A stretch of 55,579 nt of DNA from Chloroflexota bacterium. Lineage in GTDB: Bacteria; Chloroflexota; Limnocylindria; Limnocylindrales; CSP1-4. How positions within the stretch are numbered: position 1 is the first letter of the stretch; the number at the start of each line of letters is the position of its first letter. Shown piece after piece: positions 19,480 to 28,381 of the stretch. A model generated the notes under the pieces. It ran no database searches. It was not told the origin of the DNA and worked only from the letters and a program-made list of their open reading frames with translations. Both the position numbers and the translations under genes were made by a program. The stretch covers positions 4,711-60,289 of the forward strand of contig VBGT01000029.1 of assembly GCA_005889475.1 (NCBI GenBank), written 5' to 3'.

Positions 19480-21264
19480 CTAGCGGAGGATGAGCAGGTC
19501 CTGCGCCGGCTCGGTGTGGATCTCGCCGAACGAGTCACCGTCCCAGCCGAGCACCTGCATCGAGCTCTCCTGGCCATTCTGGCCGGGCGGGCTGATCCAC
19601 GCCAGGCGGTTGACGTCGATCGAGAAGCGGCGTAGCGCCGGCGTGCCCGGCAGCGGCTCCGCCGACGTGATCGCGCCCGTCGCCGGGTCGATCACGACGA
19701 GGTGCAGCCGGCCGACGGGTTCCTGGAGGTCCTCGCCGATCCACAGGGCGAGGCGGATGCCCTCCGGGTCGAACTTGGCCCGGAAGTCCGCCACCTTGCC
19801 GGTCACGAGCGGCCGCAGCTCCCCGACCGGCCCCACCGCAGGCACGGTCGAAGCTTCGGGCGCGGTGGACGCTGCCGCGGCCTCGCTCGCGCCGGGCTCA
19901 GGCGCCGCCGCGCCGGTCGACCACTTGTCCAGCACCAGCTGGCCGGCGCCGAGCTCCCAGGTCACGCCGTCCTTCGACGTGAGCGTGCCCGACCAGTACG
20001 CGACGAACCTGGCCGATGCGTCGACGACGGGGAGCCAAACATCCGGCTGCGACAGCTCGGTGCGGGTCAGCGTCGCCGGATCGAACAGGAACGAGGACGA
20101 ATGCGCTTCGATCAGCTGCCCGTTGCCTTGACCGTTGCCCTGGCCGTTGCCCCCGCTGGCGCCGGGCTGATCGGAGGCCTTCGGGTTGCCGGGCTGCTCC
20201 GGCTCCGCCGGGACCGTGAGACGGCTGGCGAGGATCTGGTTGCCGAGCCAGGCCGAGAAGTAGGTGGCGTGATCGCTGGTGACTGCCACCGCCGCGCCGC
20301 TCCCGGCCGACCAGAGGTAGAGGTCCGGACCCGTCGAGCGATCGAGCGGCGCGGCGGAGAACGCCAGGTAGTGGCCGTCCGGCGAGTAGGCGACCTCACC
20401 CACCACGGTCACCCCGCTCGCGATCTCGACCTGGCCGACCGGGGTCGCAGCCGGCGTCGGCTCAGGATTGCTCGGCTCGGGGGTTACCGGCTGCGAGCCG
20501 GTGCCGGCCGTTGGCGTGGGTGGCGGGGTCTGCTCGGTGCCCTTCGCCGGAACGGGAACGACGTAGATCTTGCCTGCGCCCGCCGTGCCACCGGTCGCCT
20601 CGAACACCAGCAGGTGGTCGTCCGGCGAGATCGTCATCGTCGACGCCTTGGCGCCGAGCTGGCCGAGGGTCTGCTCCGGGCCGTCGCCGGGCGGCGGCAC
20701 GCACTCGGGGCGGGCTCGCGGGCAGACCGCATCGATGTCGATGAACATCAGCGCCAGGGAGCCATCGGCGGCGGTGCTGACGCGCACGATCGGCTCCGCG
20801 GCGACCGCGATCGGCGTCGGTCCCGGGGCCCCGGAGACGCCTGCGACCTGCGTTCCGTTCGGTGTGCGCGGCAGAATTCCGGGCAGGAGCGCCGTGCCGA
20901 CCACGACCAGGAGGATCAAGACGCCGGCAGCGGCCCCAACCGGCAGGCCGAGCCACGGTGAGCGGGTGCCGCGCCGCGCGGGCGACCGGCGGTCGGCGCG
21001 TGCGTCATCGAGGGCGGTCGCCGTTCGGGCCCAGAGATCGCGCGGCGGCTCGATCGGCTTGTCGCGCAGCGACCGCAGCAGCTCGCGGTCGGCGATGAAC
21101 GCCTCGCGCTCACGCCGGCAGTCGGTGCACGTCTCGAGGTGATGGTCGAGCCACGCCGCCTCATCGGGATCGAGCGCCTCGACCAGCTCGCTCGAGCTCA
21201 GCGCCCGGGCACGGTCATGGGAGCCCTCGTCATCGTGATGGCGGCGGCGGAACGGCAGGGTCAT
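19480..21264 (-). CDS. Anti-sigma factor (zf-HC2) with a large extracytoplasmic, TolB/PD40-like domain
   Basis: The ATG at 21264 overlaps the sigma stop (ATGA). N-terminal HHLETCTDCRRE (H-x3-C-x2-C), one TM helix (LGLPVGAAAGVLILLVVVGTALL), then a roughly 480-aa external domain with YSPDGHYLAFSA-type segments and a GNGQGNGQGNGQ repeat. Confidence 0.75.
   Translation of the reverse strand: MTLPFRRRHHDDEGSHDRARALSSSELVEALDPDEAAWLDHHLETCTDCRREREAFIADRELLRSLRDKPIEPPRDLWARTATALDDARADRRSPARRGTRSPWLGLPVGAAAGVLILLVVVGTALLPGILPRTPNGTQVAGVSGAPGPTPIAVAAEPIVRVSTAADGSLALMFIDIDAVCPRARPECVPPPGDGPEQTLGQLGAKASTMTISPDDHLLVFEATGGTAGAGKIYVVPVPAKGTEQTPPPTPTAGTGSQPVTPEPSNPEPTPAATPVGQVEIASGVTVVGEVAYSPDGHYLAFSAAPLDRSTGPDLYLWSAGSGAAVAVTSDHATYFSAWLGNQILASRLTVPAEPEQPGNPKASDQPGASGGNGQGNGQGNGQLIEAHSSSFLFDPATLTRTELSQPDVWLPVVDASARFVAYWSGTLTSKDGVTWELGAGQLVLDKWSTGAAAPEPGASEAAAASTAPEASTVPAVGPVGELRPLVTGKVADFRAKFDPEGIRLALWIGEDLQEPVGRLHLVVIDPATGAITSAEPLPGTPALRRFSIDVNRLAWISPPGQNGQESSMQVLGWDGDSFGEIHTEPAQDLLILR
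20117..20152. repeat. 12-nt x3 in-frame tandem repeat (encodes GNGQGNGQGNGQ) inside the anti-sigma gene
   Basis: The core ccgttgcc recurs at 20120, 20132 and 20144 with period 12. Confidence 0.7.
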
Positions 21265-21845
21265 CGACCGCCCCTCGCCTCGCGAGCGAACATCGCGTCG
21301 CGCTCCGCCTCGGCGGCCCGCTCGGACTCCTTCTCGGCGGCGAGCGCGCGCCGGAGGCTCTCCCTGCCGCGGGTGAGGATCGCCCGCGCGGCCACATGAC
21401 TCACGCCCATCGCGGCTGCGAGCTCGAGCCCGGTGAGGTCGTGCAGCTCGGCGAGGAGCAGCGCGGCCCGCTGGCGTTCGGGGATCTGGGCGAGGGCACG
21501 CTCGAGCGGCCCGGACAGCCGAAGGTTCATCGCGAGGTGCTCCGCGGATGGCGACGCGCCCCGCGACTCGCCGGTCCACGGGATCATCCGCACGATCTTC
21601 CGGCGACGCAGCTCGTCGAGGGCCACACGGTGGGCGATCTGGTACAGCCACGCCCGCGCGTTCTCGTCCTTCTCCAGCGTGTCGTAGTTCTTGTACGCCT
21701 TGACGAACGCGTCCTGGGTCAGGTCCGCGGCGAGCTCGCCGTCCCGGAGCATGCGCACGAGGTACGCGTAGATCTCGCCGTGATGCTTCGCGAACAGCCC
21801 TTCGACGAAGACGCGCGCCTGGTCCTGGTCCCAGGTCCGGTTCAT
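21261..21845 (-). CDS. ECF (sigma-70 group 4) RNA polymerase sigma factor
   Basis: From the ATG at 21845: MNRTWDQDQARVFVEGLFAKHHGEIYAYLVRML. Region 2 is DLTQDAFVKAY...AWLYQIAHRVALDELRRR. Region 4 HTH is LELAAAMGVSHVAARAILTRGRESLR. Confidence 0.85.
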   Translation of the reverse strand: MNRTWDQDQARVFVEGLFAKHHGEIYAYLVRMLRDGELAADLTQDAFVKAYKNYDTLEKDENARAWLYQIAHRVALDELRRRKIVRMIPWTGESRGASPSAEHLAMNLRLSGPLERALAQIPERQRAALLLAELHDLTGLELAAAMGVSHVAARAILTRGRESLRRALAAEKESERAAEAERDAMFAREARGGR

Positions 21846-22071
21846 GGGGCGGCCGAGCACGCTCGAGGCGCCCCGGAGCCCGTTCGCCGGCCAGGGTGTT
21901 GCTGCGGTCGTCGTTCGTTGGAGCAAGGAGGGCTGTCGTCCGTTCGGGCCGCCGGTCCGATCTGGGGGAATCGGCAAAGGTTGGCGGCGTCGAGGCCAGT
22001 GACGAGGCGTTTCAGCCGTGTGTGACGGTGCACGAAGCGCGATCGCGGCTCGTCGCGCTGCCCGAGGCCCA

Positions 22072-23064
22072 TCATCGGACCGCGTCCACCCGCCCGCCGG
22101 CTCGTTCGAGGAGCTCCTCGACCGCTGCCTCGGGCGAGACCGGGTTCACCGGCAGGCCGGTCCCGAGCTCGAGCCCGGCGACCTCGCGCAGGCGCGGGTG
22201 GACCTCCCAGTGCCAGTGGAACGTGGCGTCCACGCGCTCCCGGAGCGGGGCCGTGTGCAGGACCAGGTTGTACGGCGGCCCGTCCAGGCTCACGGCAAGG
22301 CCGCCAAGCACCTGGCGCAACGCCTGCGCGGTGGCGCGGACCGCGGCGTCATCGGCCTGCCCGAAGTCGGCCTGGTGCTCCCGAGGCACGATCCAGACCT
22401 CGAACGGCGACCGAGAGCCCCAGGGCGCGAATGCGACGGTCGCCGCGTCCTCCCAGACGAGCCGGTCCCGCGCTCGGCTCTCCTCGCGGACGAGGCGGCA
22501 CCACGGGCACTCGCCCTCGCGGATCACGAATCGCGCCGCGCCGCCGAGCTCCTCGCCCACCCGGTGCGGGATCAGCGGCAGGTCGTACAGGTCGAGACAC
22601 AGGTGGTTCGTCCGGGCGCCGGCCTGGGCGCCCCAGTTCTGGACCACCTGCAGGTAGTCGGTCTGGGCAGCCGCGGTCGCATCGGCGATCGCGGCACGCG
22701 CGACGAGGAGGAGCTGCTCGGTCATCTCGCCGACCTGGGCGAGCGGCCGGTGCTCGCCCGGCGGCGCGGCGATCGTTCGCCAGCTGCCGGCGGCTCGCGC
22801 CCCGGCGACCGTGACCTGGGCGAAGCTGCGATCGAGCTCGCCGCGCTCCGCCTCGGTGCCGATGACGTGGAATGCGTAGTCCTTGAGGATCCGGACGCGG
22901 ACGCCGTCGCCGGGGGGCATGCGGCAGTTCTGGCAGTCGCCGCCATCGTCGACCGGCTCCGCGGCGCGCGCGAACCGGCTCCGATCGAAGTCGCGATCGA
23001 CGATCGTCGCGACCCACCAGCCGGTGATGGGGTCCTTGCGCAGCTCGAACAGTCCGGCGCTCAT
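22072..23064 (-). CDS. Galactose-1-phosphate uridylyltransferase-family (HIT superfamily) protein with a divergent active-site motif
   Basis: From MSAGLFELRKDPITGWWV (ATG at 23064, 10 nt after the lipB stop): CQNC zinc-type pair, VVQNWGAQAGARTNHLCLDLY in the position of the GalT ...NPHPHGQIW motif, and C-terminal FHWHWEVHPRL. Confidence 0.65.
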   Translation of the reverse strand: MSAGLFELRKDPITGWWVATIVDRDFDRSRFARAAEPVDDGGDCQNCRMPPGDGVRVRILKDYAFHVIGTEAERGELDRSFAQVTVAGARAAGSWRTIAAPPGEHRPLAQVGEMTEQLLLVARAAIADATAAAQTDYLQVVQNWGAQAGARTNHLCLDLYDLPLIPHRVGEELGGAARFVIREGECPWCRLVREESRARDRLVWEDAATVAFAPWGSRSPFEVWIVPREHQADFGQADDAAVRATAQALRQVLGGLAVSLDGPPYNLVLHTAPLRERVDATFHWHWEVHPRLREVAGLELGTGLPVNPVSPEAAVEELLERAGGRVDAVR

Positions 23065-23074
23065 GTCCGCCCGG

Positions 23075-23803
23075 TCAGGCCCCGACTGCCAGGGCAAGGG
23101 TCGGTGCGGGCGGCCAGTCAAGCGGCGCGCCGATGGCCGATGCGAATGACTCGGCGAAGATCGACGCGGCCCGTTCGACGGCCGCCGTCGACGGGGGCTC
23201 AGCGGTCCGCCCGAGCTCCTCCGCGATCGATGTCGAGATGAGGCCCGGCTCGCCGCACGGGTCGATCAGGTCGAAATCACGCAGGTCGACGTCGACGTTC
23301 AAGGCAATGCCGTGATAGCTGACGCCGCGTTCGATGCGCAGGCCGAGCGCGCCGATCTTGCGGAAGGGCCGGCCGAGCCCGCCGTCGATCCAGCAGCCGG
23401 GGTGGCCGTCGCGCCGGACGGCCTCGACCCCGAGCCGGGCGCAGGTCTCGATCATCGCCGCCTCGAGCGCCCCAACGAGCGGCCGCACGAGCAGGCCCCG
23501 GTCGCCAAGGCGAAGGATCGGGTAGGCGACCAGCTGGCCGGGGCCGTGGTACGTGACCTCGCCGCCGCGCTCGACGCGGAGGACCTCGACGTCCCGCCGG
23601 CGGAGCTCCCGCGGCGAGGCGAGAACGTGGCGCTCGTCGGCCTGGCGGCCGAGGGTCAGGACGGGATCATGCTCGAGGAGCAGGAGACGGTCGCCGATCG
23701 GGCCGTCGGCGCGTTGTGCAACCAGCTCACGCTGGAGCTGCCAGGCGTCGCGGTAGGCGATTCGCCCGAGCCATTGAACGGCGATCGAGGCCGGCTCGCG
23801 CAT
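23075..23803 (-). CDS. lipB: Lipoyl(octanoyl) transferase
   Basis: 242 aa. LLLLEHDPVLTLGR, VERGGEVTYHGPGQLVAYPIL, RKIGALGLRIERGVSYHGIALNV. Confidence 0.85.
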   Translation of the reverse strand: MREPASIAVQWLGRIAYRDAWQLQRELVAQRADGPIGDRLLLLEHDPVLTLGRQADERHVLASPRELRRRDVEVLRVERGGEVTYHGPGQLVAYPILRLGDRGLLVRPLVGALEAAMIETCARLGVEAVRRDGHPGCWIDGGLGRPFRKIGALGLRIERGVSYHGIALNVDVDLRDFDLIDPCGEPGLISTSIAEELGRTAEPPSTAAVERAASIFAESFASAIGAPLDWPPAPTLALAVGA

Positions 23804-23854
23804 CGCGCGACGATAGCAGGGGCGCCTTTCCCGACCCTTTCGCGCCCGAGCCGG

Positions 23855-24748
23855 CTAGGACGCCCCGGAGATCGCGTCGGCCATGGCGCGGAGGTGCGGC
23901 GGCGTGCTCCCGCAACACGCACCGATGATGTTCGCGCCGGCGTCACGGAACCGGACCGCGAACTCGGCCATGGTCTCGGGTGTCGTCTCGTACTGCGCAC
24001 TGAGCCCGACGAGCTGGGGCTGGCCGACGTTGCCCTTCGCGACGAGGATCGCGTCCGGATACGCCGCGCGCATCCGCTCGATCACCGGAACGAGCTCCTC
24101 GGGGCCGTTGCCGCAGTTGCCACCGACCGCGACCGCGCCGGCCTCGAGCAGGGCCGCCGCCGCCTGCTCGGGCGTCACGCCCATCATCGTGTGGCCGCGC
24201 GTGTCAAAGCTCATGGTCGCGATGACCGGGATGTCGGGGGCGGCATCCTTCGCGCCCTGGATGGCGGCCACCGCCTCGCTGAGGTCGCTCATCGTCTCGA
24301 CCCAGAACACGTCGACGCCGCCGGCAGCGAGGGCTCGCGCCTGCTCGGCGAACACGTCTCGCGCGATCTCAGGGGTGAGCGTGCCGCCGATGGCGGCCAT
24401 GATCTGGCCCGTCGGGCCGATGTCACCGGCAACGATGACCGGGTGATCGGCGGCCTTGGCCTCGACGCGGCTCAGGACAGCCGCGGTCCGGTTCAGCTGG
24501 TCGACGCGATCTTCGCGGCCGTGCAGCTCGAGACGGAGTCGGTTGCCCCCGAACGTGTTGGTGAGCAGGATCTGCGCGCCGGCACCAGCGTAGGCGCGCT
24601 GGACCCGCCGGATGATCTCCGGGTGCTCGAGGTTCCAGACCTCCGGCGGATCGCCGAACTCGAGGCCGTTGGACATGAGCATCGTGCCCATCGCGCCGTC
24701 GGCGACGACCGGCGCTCCGTTCTGGACCAGCTCCTGCCAGCTCGTCAT
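23855..24748 (-). CDS. Homocysteine S-methyltransferase-family protein
   Basis: 297 aa from MTSWQELVQNGAPVVADGAMGTML. TNTFGGN, and the Zn-cysteines in GGNCGNGP and GACCGSTP. The ATG at 24748 was verified. The 780-aa track ORF is a read-through artefact. Confidence 0.8.
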   Translation of the reverse strand: MTSWQELVQNGAPVVADGAMGTMLMSNGLEFGDPPEVWNLEHPEIIRRVQRAYAGAGAQILLTNTFGGNRLRLELHGREDRVDQLNRTAAVLSRVEAKAADHPVIVAGDIGPTGQIMAAIGGTLTPEIARDVFAEQARALAAGGVDVFWVETMSDLSEAVAAIQGAKDAAPDIPVIATMSFDTRGHTMMGVTPEQAAAALLEAGAVAVGGNCGNGPEELVPVIERMRAAYPDAILVAKGNVGQPQLVGLSAQYETTPETMAEFAVRFRDAGANIIGACCGSTPPHLRAMADAISGAS

Positions 24749-24792
24749 TCTCGGCGCATTGTGCCCTGAATCCCCGGCGGCCTGCCCCTGGC

Positions 24793-25920
24793 TCAGGTGC
24801 CGATCGGCGGGCCCCACCACACCGCCGCGGCGATGATCGCGTAGAGACCGAGCAGCATCGCACCCTCGAGCGCGTTCGCCTCGCCATCGGCCACGATCAC
24901 GAACACGAGCAGGACGGTGACGACCAGTGAGCCGAGGAGGAGCGGACTCACGATCAGGGTCAGCGGCACGGGGGCGACGAAGAAGCTGAGCAGCACGATG
25001 ACCGGGGTCAGGAACAGGACGACCTGCAGCGCCGAGTTCAGGATCAGGCCCATCGACAGGTCGGCCCGGTTCTTCGCGGCGGCGGTGACGCCCGCGAGGT
25101 GCTCGACCGCGTTGCCGGCGAGGGCCACGACGATGAGGCCGGCGAACGCCTCGCTCATGCCGAACGAGGCCATCGACGGCTCCAGCGCGTCGACGAACCA
25201 GTCGGCCACGAACGCGGCGGACGCGGCGGAGACACCGAGGAGGATCAGCGTCGTGCGCAGCGGCGGCGGCTCCACATGCGGGTCGCCGGGCTCGGCCTCG
25301 ATCGCGCCGCTCTCCGGCGTGGCACCGGGGCCTGCCTCCGCCAGCCGCAGCGAGATCGGCACCGACGCGGCAAAGATCAGGAGCAGCACGATGGCGACGA
25401 TCGCCGAGAGCTCCCGGGCGTGGCCGAAATCGGGCGCGCCGGGCTGGGTCGCGAGGAACGGGATGATCAGCGCCGACGCGCCGAGCAGGAGCTCGGTGGC
25501 GTAGAGACGGTTGGCCGCCGCCGAGAAGCGCAGGTGGCCGTGCCGCAGGCCACCGACGAGGATCGCGAGGCCGAGCACGAACAGGGCATTGCCCAGCACC
25601 GACCCGATCAGCGCCGCGGCCACGAGGGGGACGAGGCCGGCCTGGAGCGCGAATACGGCGAGGAACAGCTCGGGCAGGTTGCCCAGGACCGACTGGACGA
25701 CACCGGTCGCGGCGGGCGTCAGGCGATGTGCGAGGCGCTCGGTCGCCTCGCCGACCGCGACGGCCCCGCCGGCGAGGGCGATCACCGAAGCTCCGAACCG
25801 GACCAGCGGCGGCAGGTCGAGCAGGACCGTAATCGCGACGAGCACGAACGCCACGGCGTAGCCGCCGAAGATGTAGCGCGTCCGCCGGTCGATTCGATCG
25901 AGCATGCCGGGCGCCATCAT
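24793..25920 (-). CDS. Ca2+/H+ (cation/proton) exchanger, CaCA family
   Basis: 375 aa, about 10-11 TM helices, two alpha-repeat motifs (LGNLPELF and AGNAVEHL). Confidence 0.75.
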   Translation of the reverse strand: MMAPGMLDRIDRRTRYIFGGYAVAFVLVAITVLLDLPPLVRFGASVIALAGGAVAVGEATERLAHRLTPAATGVVQSVLGNLPELFLAVFALQAGLVPLVAAALIGSVLGNALFVLGLAILVGGLRHGHLRFSAAANRLYATELLLGASALIIPFLATQPGAPDFGHARELSAIVAIVLLLIFAASVPISLRLAEAGPGATPESGAIEAEPGDPHVEPPPLRTTLILLGVSAASAAFVADWFVDALEPSMASFGMSEAFAGLIVVALAGNAVEHLAGVTAAAKNRADLSMGLILNSALQVVLFLTPVIVLLSFFVAPVPLTLIVSPLLLGSLVVTVLLVFVIVADGEANALEGAMLLGLYAIIAAAVWWGPPIGT

Positions 25921-25967
25921 CGGGGATCGGGCAACCGCCGGGCGGGCTGCGCGGTAGCGTTGCGGCC

Positions 25968-27254
25968 ATGGCGCCGGCCCAGCCCAGCACCTCGACGCGA
26001 GCCCACAACTGGACCCTGGTCCAGGTCGACTCGGTATTCGTCGGCATCGTCACGGCGTCGGGCACGTACCTGCCGGTGTTCCTGCTCCGGCTCGGCGCGT
26101 CCGCCAACGACGTCGGCCTGCTGACCGCGCTGCCCGCGCTGACGGCGTTCGCGCTGGCGATCCCGCTCGGGCGCTGGCTCCAGGGCCGGCGCAACATCGT
26201 GCCGTGGTACAGCCGGATGCGGCTGCTCGCGTGGCTCAGCTATGCCCTGATCGCGGGCGTCGCCGCCGTGCTCCCGCGCGAGCAGGCCATCCCGTTGATC
26301 CTCGCCATCTGGGGCCTTGCCTCCCTGCCCTCGACGGCGGGCCTCGTCGCATTCCCGATCGTGATGGGCGGTGCCGCCGGGCGCGACGGGCGGTTCGACC
26401 TCCTGGGCCGGCGCTGGGCGATCGCGGGCACCTCGACGGCGATCGCGGTCGCGCTCGCCGGGCAGTTCCTGAACGCCGTGCCGTTCCCGGCGAACTTCGA
26501 GATCCTGTTCGTGCTGGTCTCGATCGCCGGGCTCGGGAGCTACCTGCAGTCGAGCCGGATCATCATCCCGGACCGCATCCCGGTCGCGGGCCGGCCCGAG
26601 CCGCGGCTCGGGCTCCGGGTTCGATCGTTGTGGTCCCTCGTACTGGCCGATCGACCGTTCATCCGGTTCGAGCTGCGCTCGCTGGTCTACACCGCGAGCA
26701 TCGGACTGGCGTTGCCCGTGCTGCCGCTCTTCTACGTCCACGAGGTGGGGGCGCCCGACGCCTGGATCGGGGTGATCGGTGCAGCGCAGTCCGCGGGAGC
26801 GGTCCTCGGCTACGTCGTCGCACGGCAGCTCGCGCGCCGCCGCGGCGGCGCGATGACGCTCCTGCCGTCGATGCTGGCGGCGGCGCTCGCTCCGGCGATC
26901 CTCTCGGTGATCGGCTGGCTCCCGGCGGTCGCCGCGGTCTCGTTCGTGTTCGGCCTGGCCGGTGCCGGCGTGCAGCTGGCGATGTTCGACCAGTTCATGC
27001 GCCGCCTACCGACCGAGCACGGCGTGACGTTCAGCTCGGTCGACCAGAGCGTGCAGAACCTCGCCCTTGTCATTGCCCCGAACGTCGGCAGCGTGCTCGC
27101 GGTTGCGCTCGGCGTGCGCACGGCGCTGCTCGTGGTCGCGCTGGTCGGGGCGGTAGCGTTCGCCCTGTTCGCGTGGAACGCCCGCCCAGTCACCCGTCCT
27201 CCGGAGCACACCTCGCCGGAGTCGGAAGCAGCGCGCGCGGAGGCGGCGACGTGA
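25968..27254 (+). CDS. MFS transporter
   Basis: 428 aa, about 12 hydrophobic helices. The loop motif PLGRWLQGRR sits between TM2 and TM3. Confidence 0.7.
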   Translation: MAPAQPSTSTRAHNWTLVQVDSVFVGIVTASGTYLPVFLLRLGASANDVGLLTALPALTAFALAIPLGRWLQGRRNIVPWYSRMRLLAWLSYALIAGVAAVLPREQAIPLILAIWGLASLPSTAGLVAFPIVMGGAAGRDGRFDLLGRRWAIAGTSTAIAVALAGQFLNAVPFPANFEILFVLVSIAGLGSYLQSSRIIIPDRIPVAGRPEPRLGLRVRSLWSLVLADRPFIRFELRSLVYTASIGLALPVLPLFYVHEVGAPDAWIGVIGAAQSAGAVLGYVVARQLARRRGGAMTLLPSMLAAALAPAILSVIGWLPAVAAVSFVFGLAGAGVQLAMFDQFMRRLPTEHGVTFSSVDQSVQNLALVIAPNVGSVLAVALGVRTALLVVALVGAVAFALFAWNARPVTRPPEHTSPESEAARAEAAT

Positions 27255-27264
27255 CGGACCGGCC

Positions 27265-28326
27265 TCAGGCGGGCCGGCGCACGTCCGGGTTGGGCAGCAG
27301 GATCTCGTCGACTGCCCGAACGAGATCCCAGTACGAGGCGATGAAGGTGCGCAGGGTGCGCACCGTCGCCCCGTAGGTATCGAACTCCTCGACGGCGAGC
27401 CCATCCGGCTCATACGCGCGCCGGAAGTCGGGGATGCGCTCGAGGAGGGCTTCGAGATGCCGCTCCGGCACGGGCTCGTCGAAGCGCGGCAGGACCTCGA
27501 CGTTCGACGAGTTGAATCGGCGCTGCCACTGGTAGGGCATGGTCAGGGTGACGTTGCCGCCGATCAGCTCCGTCCAGTGCAGCACGTGGCGATAGGCGGC
27601 CGCGAGCGGCCGCGTCCGCCAGCCGCGCTCGGAAAAGATGGCGGCGGCACGCTTGAAGACCGCGATTCCGGCCCAGTTCGGCGCAGCTGGATCGAGTGCG
27701 AGGTCGTCGCGCTCGACGATTGCTTTCATCCAGTCGTCGAGCCTGCCCATCATCACCGTACACACGGGGCTCATCTCGGACGTGTCGAGGCCGGCCGCCT
27801 GGCGCCGTGACAGGCCCTGCTCGACGGCCTGACCGACGGCGAGCGCCTGGGGCACGGTGAACGACACGGTCGCGTTGATCGAGATGCCGAGGAACGTCGC
27901 CACCTCGATCGCCGCGATCCCGGCCGCGGTTGCAGGGAACTTGACCTGCATGTTCGGGGCGAGCTCGGCGAATCGGCGGCCCTGTTCGAGCATCCGGGCG
28001 GCATCGCGAAAGAACGTCGGGTTCGTCTGGATGGACAGACGACCTCTGCGCCCGGCCGCGCCTCGGTGGATGGACGCCAGCTGGGCCGCGCCGCGCGCGG
28101 CCATCTCCTCGATCAGCTGCCAGGTGGTGTCCACGTCGGACGCGAGCGGACGCTCCCGCGCGATCGCCTGGATCCGCGGGAGCCAGACGTCATGCTCCTT
28201 CTTCAGGACCTCGCCGACGATCGTCGGGTTCGACGTCGCCCCGACGGCGCCCCGGGCGATCGCGTAGTCGAGCTCGGCGACGGCGCACGAGTCGTTCCAG
28301 TACTCCGTCGGGGTCGTTCGCGCCAT
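27265..28326 (-). CDS. Transaldolase-family (class I aldolase) protein
   Basis: GAVGATSNPTIV, a Schiff-base lysine context NMQVKFPATAAG, and SINATVSFTVPQA. The start is either the ATG at 28326 (MARTTPTEYWNDS) or 28398. It is the last gene of the iolD-iolB operon. Confidence 0.75.
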   Translation of the reverse strand: MARTTPTEYWNDSCAVAELDYAIARGAVGATSNPTIVGEVLKKEHDVWLPRIQAIARERPLASDVDTTWQLIEEMAARGAAQLASIHRGAAGRRGRLSIQTNPTFFRDAARMLEQGRRFAELAPNMQVKFPATAAGIAAIEVATFLGISINATVSFTVPQALAVGQAVEQGLSRRQAAGLDTSEMSPVCTVMMGRLDDWMKAIVERDDLALDPAAPNWAGIAVFKRAAAIFSERGWRTRPLAAAYRHVLHWTELIGGNVTLTMPYQWQRRFNSSNVEVLPRFDEPVPERHLEALLERIPDFRRAYEPDGLAVEEFDTYGATVRTLRTFIASYWDLVRAVDEILLPNPDVRRPA

Positions 28327-28381
28327 GACCGCGAGCGGGCTCTCGTCGGCTCGCTCGTCCGCATCGATCCGGCGTTCGAGC

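Noticed and set aside
21846-22071. An ECF-type autoregulated promoter (GGAAC-N16/17-CGT) or a riboswitch in the 226-nt region upstream of the sigma gene.
   Set aside because: Only partial matches were found (a GAAC followed by CGAA at imperfect spacing). I could not distinguish them from chance in this G+C-rich sequence.
23855-26197. Long N-terminal extensions: a 780-aa ORF here, and likewise 4838-6859 (673 aa), 39048-41222 (724 aa), 7740-9536 (598 aa), 8909-10288 (459 aa) and 32994-34277 (427 aa).
   Set aside because: In each case only the C-terminal portion is protein-like and begins at a start codon abutting or overlapping the upstream gene. The extensions overlap real genes in another frame.
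27259-27277. GC-rich hairpins as intrinsic terminators: CCGGCC-tcaggcg-GGCCGG here, GGCGGCG-ctagat-CGCCGCC at 50475-50494, and one after the GalT-like gene near 22040.
   Set aside because: The stems are short (6-7 bp) and none is followed by a U-tract. Such hairpins are frequent by chance at this composition.
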